Part shown: positions 28,666-42,005 of the stretch, in pieces
Position numbering within the stretch: position 1 is the stretch's first letter
How the letters are laid out: the number at the start of each line of letters is the position of its first letter
DNA from: Vermamoeba vermiformis
Lineage: Eukaryota
Length of the DNA stretch: 64,000 bases
NCBI GenBank assembly: GCA_045837725.1
Contig: JBEWZL010000145.1
Coordinates: 310,001 to 374,000, forward strand
Direction: 5' to 3'
Notes under the pieces: model-generated
The model's database searches: none
The model's input: only the letters and a program-made list of their open reading frames with translations
Told to the model about the DNA's origin: nothing
Translations under genes and position numbers: made by a program

Positions 28666-29448
28666 TTACTTCTTCTTGTAGTGCTTCACGTAGGACTTGT
28701 AGTCGCAGTGAGCAGCCGAGGCTTGAAATCTCGTCGTGCCAATGGCCATCTTGCTGCTCTCTATCTTGCCCTTGTAGCCCGCCTTGCGAATCAATTGCGT
28801 AATTGTAGTGGCGTGGTCCCAACCTAAGCACATCCACAACATCAATTTTCATGAACAAGAAGAATAGTATCGTGTCGTACGTACCATTGCTTGAGGCTAC
28901 ATTAGGCAAGAATATAGCATGGCCTTCGAAGATTTGTTGCTTGCCGCTGTGAGTCGCATCTCGATCGTAGACTTCAAAGTCGATCGTAACGCCGTGACGA
29001 CCAACTTCCCAATCATAGCAGGAGTCGACCTCTTCGAAACTATGCAAGATGGAGATATGGCAAGAGAGTTTAGACACTTCTTTCAACTCTATCGGGTCAA
29101 ATCTCGTGTCTTGCAACGCGGAGATGAGCGAATAACGTCGCAGTTGTTCCGGTAAAGGCTTCGCACCGCCAGTGCAACCCTTGCAACCTCTTAACTCTCC
29201 ATCTTCATAGTGTCCGCGACGCCACGTTACAAAGAGCAAGCTAAAAGAAATTAAATAAGGATCAGATCGGAAATTTGAAATATTTTTCTAAATGCGCAAA
29301 ATTATTGATTAAATGGAAATATGGTTATAACTTACGCGTTAGTATTTTCTATGGTTGAAGGAGGATTAGGCAATTCTTTGGATTCAAGATGCGATTCCAA
29401 AACATCAAAACAGAAATAACACATTTCAGGGGTCGCTTGGATGGCCAT
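28666..29448 (-). CDS. AMMECR1 domain protein (divergent)
   Basis: MCYFCFDVL, LFVTW, LRGCKG, SALQDTRFDPI, DWEVGRHG, FLPNVA, GWD...LIRKAGY. Confidence 0.9.
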
Positions 29449-29882
29449 TTTGGACTGTTCGACTCTCGGCTAATACTAAATAGTAATCTTTCGAGCAAGG
29501 CAAAGAGCCGAACCAGTTGTGGAGTTCAGTGAGGTTGAAATTAAAAAAAGCATCCAAATTTCTTGTGAAGTTGGACCTGGTCAAGCGACCTTCCATAAAT
29601 CGGTCAAAATATTTCCAACCAAAGAAAATAGACCAATAAAAAACGAAACAGAATCAGTAGAACTCAAAAATAATGCAGTTTCAGTCAAGATCTTGATTCT
29701 CCGCTAGGAAAACAACGTTTTATGGCAATATTGTCGCAAAATATTTACATGGGTAAGTCCGTTAGGGTCTTATATCAATAATATCCTTCATAAACCAAAG
29801 GCCACCGGTTTGAAGAATACCTTAATAGAAAATCGCTTCGTGGCGTAATTATGAGCTCTTATTACTATTATAAGGACCTACA

Positions 29883-30930
29883 TCAACTCGTTTCGCTCTT
29901 CTCCTCTTGTTCTGCATTAGAAATTCCGTCTTGTTTGGATCCCTTGCACGCAGTGTAATGCTCCTTAGCCTTGTACCAATTCGTGCCCATATCTATGCCG
30001 CATTTGTGGCACGTCATAGGCCCGTCAGCCAGCTCCGCCAGATCGTAAAAATTAATCTAAATAAAGTTCTGTTAGGCCCGGTACGAAGTTAGAGTTAGAG
30101 GGCAAACGTACTGGATAATAGCCCTCTCGTCGAACGCGAGCAATAAACTCGTTAACTTCTAAGAAATATCTCGTAGTAAATGTATTGTAGTGTTTGGCGT
30201 GCTTCATGGACGAGGATTCAAAGTCATCGCTGATCACGTGCAAGTGCAGCTGTTTCATGCTCGGCTTGCCGTGGAATCCCATCTTAAAATTAGCGGCAGC
30301 TGCTCTCGTACTCTTCGCTTTAAGTCTACGATAAAAATATTAATAATGAGATTTTTAGCTTCGTGTACTAGCCAGATCCAGTGTTCAACTTACTCCTCGA
30401 GCCATTTGTTTGCACGGTCAAGCATCTTCTCAATAATGGGAATATCTTTTCTAGTGACTAATGGTAAGATACTTATGTTAGTTTGACGCGTCAAATTGAT
30501 TGTGTACCGAGAAAATTCTTACCGTCAGCAGCGGTGTCGATCCAAGTCCTAATTGGCAACACCAAAAAATGGAATTTGGCTTTAGGGAATTTATCATTAA
30601 TTATCATCACATCGTCATCTCGATAGAGTATCGCTTGGCTATTCTCTGGATTTTCAGGGTGTTTTATGATATTTGTTAAAGCATACGCCCTATTTTAATG
30701 CCGTTAAAATGCTGCAAAATTATTTATAATATCAAATAAACGTACCATTTTGGCCACTGAAAATTAGGATTTTTCTTGTTGCCGTTTTCAACCACTTCCT
30801 CTTGCGGATTGTCTTTAAGGTAATCTAATACGAGTCCAGTGCTATTCATTGTGCCTTCAGCTTCGTGTTCGTGCGCACTGCAACAAAATATAATGCTGAA
30901 TGCACTAACGAACAACAAGGCCGCTGTCAT
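29883..30930 (-). CDS. APTX: Aprataxin-like HIT-domain protein with C-terminal zinc finger
   Basis: INDKFPKAKFHFLVLP, GFHGKPSMKQLHLHVISDDF, KHYNTFTT, CHKC...H...C; hydrophobic N-terminal extension. Confidence 0.85.
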
Positions 30931-31229
30931 CGATGTCTCGTTCTTTGCCTTTTCTCTGCTTCGGTATACTGCGTTAAATTTAAGCAACAACTGAAGCAAT
31001 TGGATCAGTACAATAAGAGTACGCTATTTATATTATACAAACTGACGAAGCTTCGCGCAGGCGATCGACAGTTGCGCTTTTGAGTTTATTTTTGTTGATC
31101 GGCGTTACTAACCGCCCAACATTTTCGAAAATTTTGTACATGATTGGAATTATTATTATAGAGCTTGTAATAGTATTAAGAGAACCAAAAGTGTATTGTT
31201 GAAAGAATTACTTTGATGCAAAGGTCCGC

Positions 31230-31722
31230 TTAAGCATCCAAGAAGTTAGCAGCCATCAACAAGTCCAAAGCAATCTCGGGCTCGATGGGGAACTCGGGGA
31301 TTTGACCAGTGGTGTTGCTGTATTTCACCTTGTAGTAGAAGTACTTGATCACCTTCTCAAGGATGGGAGTAGAAATCTCGCGGAAGGTAACTTCACCACT
31401 CTCCTTTTCGATAAAGGCAGCTACAATTATGTGTTAAAAATGAGTTTTCGCGTGTAAGTGAAGTATGGAAGAATAAATAAAATTTTGAGATAATTACGAT
31501 CAAAAAAAAAGACTAAATTAAAAATAACTCTAGAAAGCGTCTTAAAAATAAAATAACGCCTGTTTTATGTACTACAATAAATGTAGATAATTTATACGTA
31601 CTTCCTTCAAGACCAGAAAGCATAGACTTAATGGTACCAGAGACCATCGCGCATGAGCGGTGGACCAAAAATTCGTGATCGTCAGCGCTGATGAGCTTAA
31701 TGTAATCGAGTTCGTCAGACAT
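31230..31722 (-). CDS. ELOC: Elongin C
   Basis: [14 protein letters not shown]...[27 protein letters not shown]...[22 protein letters not shown]; 1 intron. Confidence 0.96.
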
Positions 31723-32042
31723 TATTTAGAGATACTCTATCCAACGCGACGTGGCTTGTTGTATTGCAAAGAGAAATAAATTGTAAAATTAGTTGAAAGT
31801 AAAAGCTGCTTTGTCACTAGCACCAAAGATCATACCACTACCACTAGGTCAATAGTAATCCCTTGTACTTTAACTAACGACTGATGAGTTGCACGCGTAA
31901 GAATTACCAAGAAAAGGCAAGTAAGTCTAAAAGCCTCATCTTTCTTAACCGCAGTCCTACATCGAGGAATTTTATTTACATAGCTTGAATAAATTATTGA
32001 ATAAATATTTACACGTGATTGAGTTGATTATAAGAATGTAGA

Positions 32043-32240
32043 TTATTTTTTATGGCTCATCTCGGCTTTCTGCTTCTGGGTGCACGCAGCAAATTCTTTT
32101 ATTTCTTTTTGGCACTTACTCATAACTCTGTTATTTTTAATTAAGCAGTCTTCGAATATCTGATACGCCTCTCGACATCCCGTGCTGTCTATTATGTCGT
32201 TGAAATCCCGGTGCTCTCCGCTCGCGCTTTTGTCTGCCAT
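32043..32240 (-). CDS. Twin CX9C (CHCH) mitochondrial intermembrane protein, COA4/CMC-like
   Basis: 65 aa; C-REAYQIFED-C and C-QKEIKEFAA-C. Confidence 0.8.
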   Translation of the reverse strand: MADKSASGEHRDFNDIIDSTGCREAYQIFEDCLIKNNRVMSKCQKEIKEFAACTQKQKAEMSHKK

Positions 32241-32356
32241 CTCTAATTTGATATGATCCCGTATTGTTGTGTATTACGCCGCTCGTTGCAGATACAAAAA
32301 GTTGTTTTGAAGTTCAATTTTAATATTCTAAAGCCTTGTTTCACGAAAGAACACAG

Positions 32357-33924
32357 ATGAGCACTGCAGTCAAACAACCCGAACAACAAAAAGTCGGCTC
32401 TATTGTCGATGCTAACTTCCCTCACGATGCCGAAGGTCGTGTTTATCACGTCGGAGTCAAGAAGGGTGAAGGTAATCCGCTCAGAAAATTTCAATTAATT
32501 ATTGAAAATTCCGTTTATTAAAAATTACGATTCTATAGCTTAGTACCATTAGATATGAGCGTAATTCATTACTTGTCGGGACCAGAGAAAAATCCGAATT
32601 CTACTTTGAATAATCTTTTTGTTGTGAATTGTTTGCAAATTAGGATTATTCAGCTTTTCTTCGTGCATTCGCATCATATTAATAAGTATGGCGTATTATA
32701 GTTGCAAACAGAGTATTATCCGTTGGAGATCCCAAGAGAGCTGAACTTTTGGCCAAGTTTCTCGACACCGACGAAAAAACCATGTTTAAACGAGCATCAA
32801 ACAGAGGTTATGTAGTATATACTGGTAAAAAGAACGGCGTACGTATTATAATATTATAACTGACTATTTGACGTTAATTCTAACGAATTTTTGGATGCAG
32901 GTCCCCGTCAGTATTATCGCCACTGGCATGGTAAGCCTATTTTTCCCATAATATTTATATGGTCCTAATTTTATCAACAGGGACACCCTATGATGGATTT
33001 TCTTGTTCGCGAGGTCCGTGCTGTCGTTGACGGTCCTATGGTGATCATGCGATTTGGTACTTGTGGCACGGTAGATCCGAACGTAAAAGTGGGCACGATT
33101 GCTGTATGCGCTGAGGCCGTGTCCATCACACGCAACTTTGACGCGTTCAGTGAAGAGCACGAGAGCGGTGTGGAGTCACATGGCAGACCCGCCACTGATT
33201 TCTATTACATTTCTCGACCCGTCAAGCCAGATCCAGAGTTGCACGATATGGTACGCCAATCAATGATCATACATATTAATGTAGTTACTAATTATATACC
33301 TTCAGTTGAAAGACGAATTGAAGGCTGAGATGACAACACACGGTGCTGAACACGATGTTATTGACGGCATGAACGCACAAGGAGACTCGTTCTATGGCAG
33401 TCAAGGTGCGAATTATACAAAAGATGGCGAGCTTGAGCTTTAGGAGCACGTGTATTCATATTTATATTCCTCTTATAGGACGAACGGATCCGAACTTTAT
33501 TGACCACAACGAAACACTGATTGACGAGCTGATTGCAAGTACCCGAAGATGACCACGCTAGAAATGGAGTCGTACCACTTGTAAGTCACCAACAGACCTT
33601 AGTTCTATATTTAGACGCGTCGTATTAACGCTGCTGTTGCGTGCAGGTTACATTTGGGTCAAGTGTGCAGAAAGCCGATTAAGACTGCTGCAGCTACTAT
33701 TATCTTGGCGCAACGTAAGAAAGGAGATTTCTTGCCCAACGATCAAATTAAGAAGCTAGAGGCCATTGGTGGTGAGGCCTGTTTGAGAACTTTGACCAAA
33801 GTTAAATTGGACGAGTCGGTAAGTCGATGATGTGACGGACTAGAGTAGTGTTGTATCAATATTAATACTATTGTATGAATAGCAAACTACTCAGGGACCT
33901 GATTGTGTCTGGAACAACATGTAA
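32357..33924 (+). CDS. Uridine/purine nucleoside phosphorylase (PNP/UDP family); apparent 1-nt frameshift near 33537
   Basis: GRVYHVG, VGDPKRA, ATGMG.PMMDF, RFGTCG, DSFYGSQGR, LEMES. Confidence 0.88.
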
Positions 33925-34266
33925 AATTGAAAGGTTTAGTAAATAGACTTATCTTCTATTATTAATTATGCTGCTGACTCAATGCTAATTATCATGATTA
34001 GTTTTATTTTTAATCCAATTCGATGGGCTATTCTTTGAACGATCAATTGCAAACTTGGATTCGGTTCGAACCGTTTGGGTTAAAATTGTTCGTGACTAAA
34101 CCATTCTGCTAATAGTGGATTGGCCGTTCGAAGCTGTCATTTTGAAAGGTCAATTGACATTTTACCAGAGCGGGAGGTCCGTAGGCGAAATTTGAAGGCA
34201 AAAATATCTCGTGACACCTCATTAATTAATTAGCGACTGCAGCCGTTGAGCAAGAACACAACAACT

Positions 34267-35247
34267 ATGAGTTCAAACGATATTGTATTGCGCTACTTCG
34301 ATATTAAGGGCCTCGCTGAGGGCATCCGCTTGTTGTTCGAAGAGGCAGGGATTGAATACAAAGAAGAACGATTCACTCGTGATGGTAATATTTATTTAAT
34401 TATTTTAAAATATTTTTTATGTTAATTATAAAGCTCAATTATCATTAAATTGCTTAATTAATAGAGTGGTATGGATCCGTCAAGGAAAATTACAAACAAA
34501 ATGGTATTTCTCCTTTTGGCCAAGTTCCTATCGTTTCATACGGTACTCAACATATGGCTCAAAGGTAAGAAGCATTTCAGGCTGTTAAATGAAAAGACAC
34601 ATCCGATCGTTAACTCATTTAATTAACGCAGTGAGGCTATCATTCGCTACTTTGCCAAGAAGCACGGTCTTTATGGCAAAACCGACGAAGAGCAATACAG
34701 ATGCGACATGATTGCTGCTGGCACTGCTGTAAGTCCGACCATTTTTCGAATCTGCAATAATATTAACTTTATTTTTAGGATTGGAGACGCCCGTATGTGC
34801 AATTAGTATACTCTAATGAATTCGTAAGTGTTATAGCTCCGTTTATACTTTGCGCCATTCGTTTTGGAGATCAACATTAATAATAAGTTTAGGACAAGAA
34901 CCTGCCAGTTTACACGAGCACAACTTTGCCCCAATCAGTCGTTACCTTTGAAAACTTGCTTAGTGCTGTAGAGGGCGGCGATCACTACTTCTGTGGCCGC
35001 GAGCTGTTGTTCTGTGACCTCTTAGTGTTTGATTTGCTCGAGCTCAACTTGCGCCTGGACGCTAAGTGCCTCGACAATGCACCTAAGTTAGCTGCTTTCC
35101 ATAAAAGGTAATAATATTAAAGGTATATTATGTAAGTTGTTATTAACCAATTTGATATATATTAGAGTGGCTGCTCGTCCTGGAATCGCTTCTTACTTGG
35201 CCAGCGGCAGAGTGCCCACCAAGATCAACAACAGTGGCAGAGGATAA
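34267..35247 (+). CDS. Glutathione S-transferase (Tyr-type, pi/mu/sigma-like)
   Basis: LRYFDIKGLAEGIRLLF, PFGQVP, QSEAIIRYFAKKHGLYG, C-terminal ARPGIASYL. Confidence 0.93.
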
Positions 35248-35429
35248 ACGAAACAGCTTGTATTAATAACAATATAACACCTTTTCTGATACGTAATGGC
35301 AAAATGCGAACCACATCCAGCAATAAATAGTACTGGTGTCTTAATTTTGTTTTCGTGCGTGACCGGATCCAGTCACGTGATCGCTTATTGGATAGCCCTT
35401 ATCAATACTGTACATGTTATTTATTTGCA

Positions 35430-38267
35430 TTACGATGATTGGTCAAATCCTTCGTGATGCACGAGCACTAAAATGTGCTGATATTTCTTCAACACTTTTG
35501 TGATGTCATCGCGCGTAACACTTTCGCGCCACATTATCTCTTCGAGGTGATGGAAACCACGGAAATATGGGCACAACCTGAAAAAATAAATTAGTAAGAA
35601 TATTTCCTTTTTAGGCTAAAAACACATTTTAATGTTAATAGGGTGTCTTATGTAATTCAAACGTACCGTTTAAATAGTGCATATTCCGCGGAATTATCGT
35701 TCAACTTTTCAATATATTCGTTTTCATGCGGTTTCAAGCCAGCAGGTGACAGCAAATACGGCGAATTTTGAAACACTTCTTCATCGAACCCGTCTTCGTT
35801 GGTATTGCTAGTGGTAGTATTATCGTTGGTGTTATTATACAGGCTGTTATGATAACTCTCGTTGGCTATTTCGTCTTCATCGCGTGGATCCGGAATAAGT
35901 AAAAATACAAAAGTGTGGATCTGGATCAATAAATCTTGTCTGAGCAGCCACACAACTACTTCAACAAACTCGCGTTGCAATGAAGATGCCAGTGGGTGCA
36001 CTAATTGACCTAGTGTCTTGTTGGCTGCAAATCTGGACCGTTGAAAAATCAGTCAAAAGTACGAGGTGAACACGTGTAAAAAAATTCTCAGAAAAAAATG
36101 CTGCATTTGACGTACCCAGCTAATACTTCGGCCAATCTGAATGCAGGGAATGCTTTTTGAAATGTTGTCGTGAGCCAATCGAAATAAAAGTTGGCGCATT
36201 TTGGATCCGGATTCAGCACGTAAACATTGGTCTTTGTCAACGTGTCTATAATACGAGCCTTATTCCAATAGACCAAATGTGCTGCCAATCTAATGTGCCA
36301 CACACCGTTAGTCATATATGCATTTCCTTATAAGTAAATAATACGTACTTGTAGAGCTGTGACAGCGGAATGCCAGTCTCATTCTGCAGTTCTCTGAACG
36401 ACTTTGTTGGCTTTGCTATTTCAATTAATCTTTTCAATGTCGGCGAGGCATCCTAAAGAAGCATTGTTATTACCAAATTAGGCAATAAGGGCAGATCCGC
36501 GTACCTTCGGTAATGTTCGTAACAAATCGATTGGATCTAGGATGAGTAGAGTTTGATAAGGTCTAATAGGTATTAGGGGCTGATCTTCTGCGTCTTTAGT
36601 CGACAAACTGATGTTGATCCAGTCATTAATGCGCAAATGAATATTGCCTTCGTCGCGCAGTCCGTGGAACAGATCTTTCATCAGACTGGCCAAACTACTC
36701 GATTGGATCAAGTCATATGTAAGTGCCTTATGATCTAAATATAGAGGGTGTATTAGTTTTATGCAAATGAAAGGAGGTCTATTCCCGTGAAAAAATTAAA
36801 TATGACACGTGTCAAAGTGTCACTTGAAGTGTCAACAGATCCGTACCAGGTTTGCTGCTCTCATCAGTCGCTTGTGTTTGTGACAGCAGCCATCGTTCTC
36901 GTATCCTCAGCATCTTGAACACTTCATTTGTGACATATTTACATCGTTCTTCTTCGTGTTTAAGTGCTGCTGCGACTTGTTCTGCCACGTGATAGCACAT
37001 CTTGGTGATTGCTGGCTCGGCCTAAAAATAACATCAAATTAATTATTGTGCTATATATAATTACTATATAACGATAAAGGAATGAATTAGAGCAATATTT
37101 TGATACCATGTAAGGAGGTATGTTTTGATTGCCTTTTTAGGAAGTGTAAGTAATATCTATATTTGCAGTATTGTGTACCTTCTTCTGCACGACGAGCACG
37201 ATATTAAACATGGCAATTTCGTCTTTGTTTTTCTTGGCAAATGGACTGGTATTGTGCTGCACAGTGCTCGAGTGATCGTTCATGTTGTTGATGGACATAT
37301 GTTCTAACGATGATACGCGCGCAATATTGTCAATATAATCGTTGGCTGCAAATGGAATTCGTTAGATCGATCGTATTTCCTATTTTGGTAATTCAGATCC
37401 AGGATCGCGTACCTAAATATTGAGATTCTCTTAAAGAAGGCTTAGAGCCACCAGATGAGTTCATTACATCACTGCCACTAGAGTCTTTTCGAAGTGGAAT
37501 AGTATCGTGCGATATTCCTAAGCTAGATCCGTCTGCATTTGGTTCGCTTGAATTTCCAGATGAGCTGCTCGAATTCAATTTCGTGTTGTTGGCTGTAGGT
37601 GTTGCTATTAATATAGAATCACCCATAAGAGCACTAGGTGGAGTATTCTTATGCGAGACAGTGGTAGGATAGCCGATGAATTTTTGATCGTCGATCATGA
37701 ACTCGAAGATCTGATCGCAATTTGCGGCTCGAGGGCACAGAACACCGCATAATACTACTGATGGTAAGTGATAGGCATCCCATGAGCCATGTTCGGCTAT
37801 TACTGGCTTATCGTCAGGGTTCTTTGGTGTGTTTTCGATCCCGGCTTGAAAGAATTAATATAACAGTTCAAATTAATTTGAAAATATTTTTAAAACGTGG
37901 TATGAGCATATTTATATCGATAGTGTATTATTGCAGACCGAACAACAGCCTTAGAAATAATAAAAAATAACGTGTGATAAATAATAATTTGGATGTGGCT
38001 TTTGTCTCGTACTTACTTTTCTTCGAACCATCAGCTTTATGTCCTTGGGTACCTTTGATTTTATCTTGAGTCTCTTCTGATAAATGCTTGCGATATACAG
38101 GTGGATAACGAAACACGAGTTGATCTCCGCCTAAAAACAAATAAAATTTGCGTTAATATAAGAATAAGGCCTATTCTAATTATATATGTACCTAAGCTCG
38201 TATGTACACCAAGCAATATGCCGCTTAACTTAAGCTGTGCTTGATCCGGTTGAAAACTTAAACTCAT
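35430..38267 (-). CDS. NPRL3: GATOR1 subunit NPRL3
   Basis: GDQLVFRYP, FEFMIDDQKFIGYP, ALKHEEERCKYV, IRPYQTLL, LAAHLVYWNKARII, WLLRQDLLIQIHT, YFRGFHHLEEIMW. Confidence 0.92.
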
Positions 38268-38418
38268 CCGCGATCAACCACAGTGATGCTACAATAGCTT
38301 AATTTCCACGTGATATCGTGGTATTATATACAAATTAATACAAAGCACAGAAAAAATCACGTTCTGACGCGTTTTTAAAATTTTGTTGCCATTTTTAACA
38401 GAAGATTTTATTTGCGAG

Positions 38419-39266
38419 ATGCAACAACCACAACCTATTAACGGTCAAAAGAGATCATTTGAACAGTCTAGCGGAGGCTCTGCATTCGTTAGTACTGCAT
38501 CGCACACAAATGAAGCGGATGGGCCTCAACAAAAGCGGCAAAAAGTCGATCAACCGCAACAACAGCCACAACAAGCCCCACAAGGCCAACAACCATATGT
38601 AGACCTCACTAATGAAGAGCTCGTAGCACAGTATCAACAGCGATTAAAGCAGCAACAAGCGTATCAATACAGTTTATTCCAACCATCAATTTTCGAGCCA
38701 CATCTCAAAAGTTTATCAAAAGAACAGCTTATTTATATGATTATGCAGCTGCTAAAATTCAATAGTGGTACTAATATATTGGCCAACCAAATATTACATT
38801 TATTCTCGCAGCCTGAATTTCAAGCCAGCGTGGTTTGTCGCAGATGTAAAAAACAATTCAGAGAACTTAATAATTATGATGGCGCGTGCGTATATCATAC
38901 TGGTGCATTGAGGCGCAAAGAAGATGAAGATATTGAAGCGGATACATCGTCCAAAATCTCGCCACAAACGCATCCCGAACTTTATCAGGTAAAAAATCTA
39001 AAAAAATCCGTAAAAATCACGCGAGCGATTAATTGATTCTATTACTATTCCATACTATTATATACATACAATAGACCATATCAACACATTTTCAGAACAT
39101 TTTCTAAAATACGCACGGAAATTTAATGCCAAAAGATTCTCTGACCGTTATGAAATGCCAGTGACGGTACTAATCAATGTAATTTATTATACTATAGTGG
39201 TCATGTTGCAGTGGTGATATTGATGAAGACGGTTGCGCGCTTGGAAGGCACGAAAAAGCAAATTAA
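38419..39266 (+). CDS. Gln-rich protein with Btk/CHORD-like Cys/His zinc-binding motif
   Basis: CRRC...N...ACVYHTG...|WSCC...GC..GRH across one intron. Confidence 0.7.
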
Positions 39267-39567
39267 CTGGTACGATCGGATGTACCCGAGAGTTTTGGTA
39301 TGTCTCGTCAATAAGCGATCTTAAATAGCAGAATATAATAGGCGAGTTATTTATGATTGTTTTGACGATATTTTCAAAAGTTTAACGTATATTTTTCTAG
39401 CGGATTTGTACAGAACGAAAATAATACTCGTGTATAATAAACCTTGTATTGTATTCGATAAATAAGTCATATTAATAACTATAGTATATTATTAGTTGCA
39501 GAACGTGGAATAGCCAGGTCCTTCGACAAAAATTGTGCGTTGCCATTCATTTTACTAAAAGTTTAAC

Positions 39568-41130
39568 ATGAGCGCATCACCATCGAAACCTCGCGCAACA
39601 GATCTTGCTCCAAGTGGGGCCGGTACCGTTCCAACTAAGCCGGGATCACCTGGTGAAAGCAAAAAAAGAAAGAGTGAATTCCTTGGCGAAGATACACCTC
39701 CTAAAAAGCGAAAAACATCACCGAGGACAACGCCTGGTATGACAAAAGTTTGTTTCAGTAATGATTCGTAAATTATCATAAGGAGAATGAAAATTATACG
39801 ATGTCAAATAATTCTATTCTCATAATTAAAACGAAGCTCCTGCTATAGATATTTTATAAACAAGCTTCGATGATAATTAACATTTTTTGAAAAAAAAAGA
39901 ATTGAATCAGTCTGATTAAAGTTGTAAATTTAGAAAAAGGTTCGAATTCTAAGAAGAAAAAGCCATGGCTGTTGTACTACAAGGGACCAGAGACACAGTC
40001 AAGCCATCATGAGAGGAAAAAATGGAGCAGTGACTACCATCAGTGGAAAAAAGATGAGATCTTGAAACAATTTTTTATTGAATACAAAGATAACGAAAGC
40101 TGTGTATTTGGATGCCATTTAGAAGGCAACCTTCGTTTCTGGTTTGGTGTGCACTTAACATTCATCAGCACTTTGGTAACTATATTGATAGGATGAAATA
40201 CTGAAATGCTAACATGCTCTTCAGGAAAAACAGATGGCTGTCCATAAAGCACCTTCTGTCATAGCACGAACGAAGCCTTGCTGGAGAATTGCCGAAAACG
40301 TGTATAGCTCTGGTGTAACTCCAGAGCAAGCGAAGGCTCTCTTGGAAGAAAAAAATACGGAATTTAAAGCTCCCTCTTCATTTTGGGGTGATTCTCACAA
40401 GGAATTCCAAGCAAAAATGAAGAGTGTTGATATCAAGGTTTCTGATAGCAGAACTGGCTTTGAAGAAATTAAAACCATCAAAAATATCATTATACAAGTA
40501 CCAGAGTACATGCAACGGGAACCATTCAATGCAAATCCTGTTTGGAATATTCCTCAAGGTACTTCATTGGCAACGGCAGTTTCCCTTGGAATATTGAACA
40601 AGCTTGTTAAGTCAAAAAATGCACGCTCAGAAGTGCTTGATGCTATTAAGTGCTTAAATGCTCAACAGTTTGAACTCAAGCCCACCAAGCCAGCAAGCCA
40701 TCAACATTTTAATTTTGAAACTGTTACAAAGCAGAGGTCACAGGATGAAAAGATTGCACAAAAGAAGCTATGCAGGCAATTAAAAGAAAAAGGTGTGGAA
40801 GTCAAGAAAGAAGAAGAAGTCATATTTCCATCACAAAATTATGGATTCACAGATCTTTTAATTACTAGCCCACACAAGATTATTGTCGAACTGAAAGTGG
40901 CAAAGAATTGGCCTGATGCTGTCGGTCAAATCAAGCGCTACCAACAATCAAAGAGGAAAGAAACTAATGAAACTTTAAAGAATTACAAATTAGTCATTTT
41001 CATGGTGAATTGCTTCCAAAGAGGAGAAGAGTGTGTTTATCTAAAAGAAGCTAGAGATACTTGGCCAGATGAACATGGTTTCCATTTCACATGCCAGCAC
41101 AAACAAATTGATACTTGGCTTAAAAATTAG
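39568..41130 (+). CDS. Protein with C-terminal PD-(D/E)XK (restriction-endonuclease-like) nuclease domain and NLS-like N-terminus; 3 exons
   Basis: Exons ~39568-39736, 39934-40175 and 40224-41130 splice in frame; E...GFTDLL...IIVELK...WPDAVGQIKRY; KKRK and PPKKRK basic motifs. Confidence 0.72.
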
Positions 41131-41273
41131 AAGGATGACTTATCCCACCAATTTTATGGTTGAACCCAAAGCAGTGGTTCTATTAACTTTTGATGTAAAA
41201 TCTAAATAAAATTTATTGCCATAAAACTAGAGCTTGGAACGAAAGAGAGCTACAATTGTATTATGTTTATAGC

Positions 41274-41903
41274 TTATTTGTGGTATTTGCTGGCAATGGA
41301 GTCGATTTTCTTGGCCAATTCGACGTCTAAAACTGACAAGCCTTTGCAGTCGTGTGTGGACAAAGTAATATCGACTCTATACAAGGAAATTGATTAGTAA
41401 GGGGTACTATACTACATGCATTGCGAATATATTGTTAGAGTAGCGTTATTACCTGTTGTAAACGTTGAACCATTCGGGATGGTGATCCATCTAAAAATTA
41501 ATCATTTTAGAATGCTTCATTTCGGTTAAAAAGCTCGCGAATATTATTTATAAATTCTTATTATAATAATTTCTACTGTATTTAGCGTAAGGACGCCTTT
41601 GGATAAGAGTTCCAGATCGAGATATTAATTATTCAGATATTTAAAATTATCACGCACCTTTTCAGCTTCAAGAGCGACTTGGTTCATGAATCCCCAAGCC
41701 TCGTTGAAATTATTAAACTTAAATTGCTTGAAAATTTCGTCGCGTGGATCGCTCTTAGCAGTCCACGAAGGAACTTCAGAAAGAGCTTTTTGTTTGTCTT
41801 CGTTTTCGAGTCGCTTAGGTCTGCTGGACATAATAAATGATGTGTGGTAGTGTTTTTTAGCTCTTTGCGTTAATTGAAGAGTGATTGCGCGAGTCAAAAA
41901 CAT
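41274..41903 (-). CDS. PCBD: Pterin-4-alpha-carbinolamine dehydratase, mitochondrial presequence
   Basis: FKFNNFNEAWGFMNQVALEAEK|MDHHPEWFNVYN|RVDITLSTHDCKGLS. Confidence 0.95.
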
Positions 41904-42005
41904 TTCAAAACAAAAAAAAGAAAATTTTTTTGCTTTCAATTTGAATGACGTCACCAATTATAACACCACGTTATTGAGTAGAGAAAAATATATAATTATA
42001 GCAAC

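Noticed and set aside
34040..34100. GGTTCGAAC resembling a tRNA T-loop
   Set aside because: No cloverleaf, acceptor stem or A-box could be built around it
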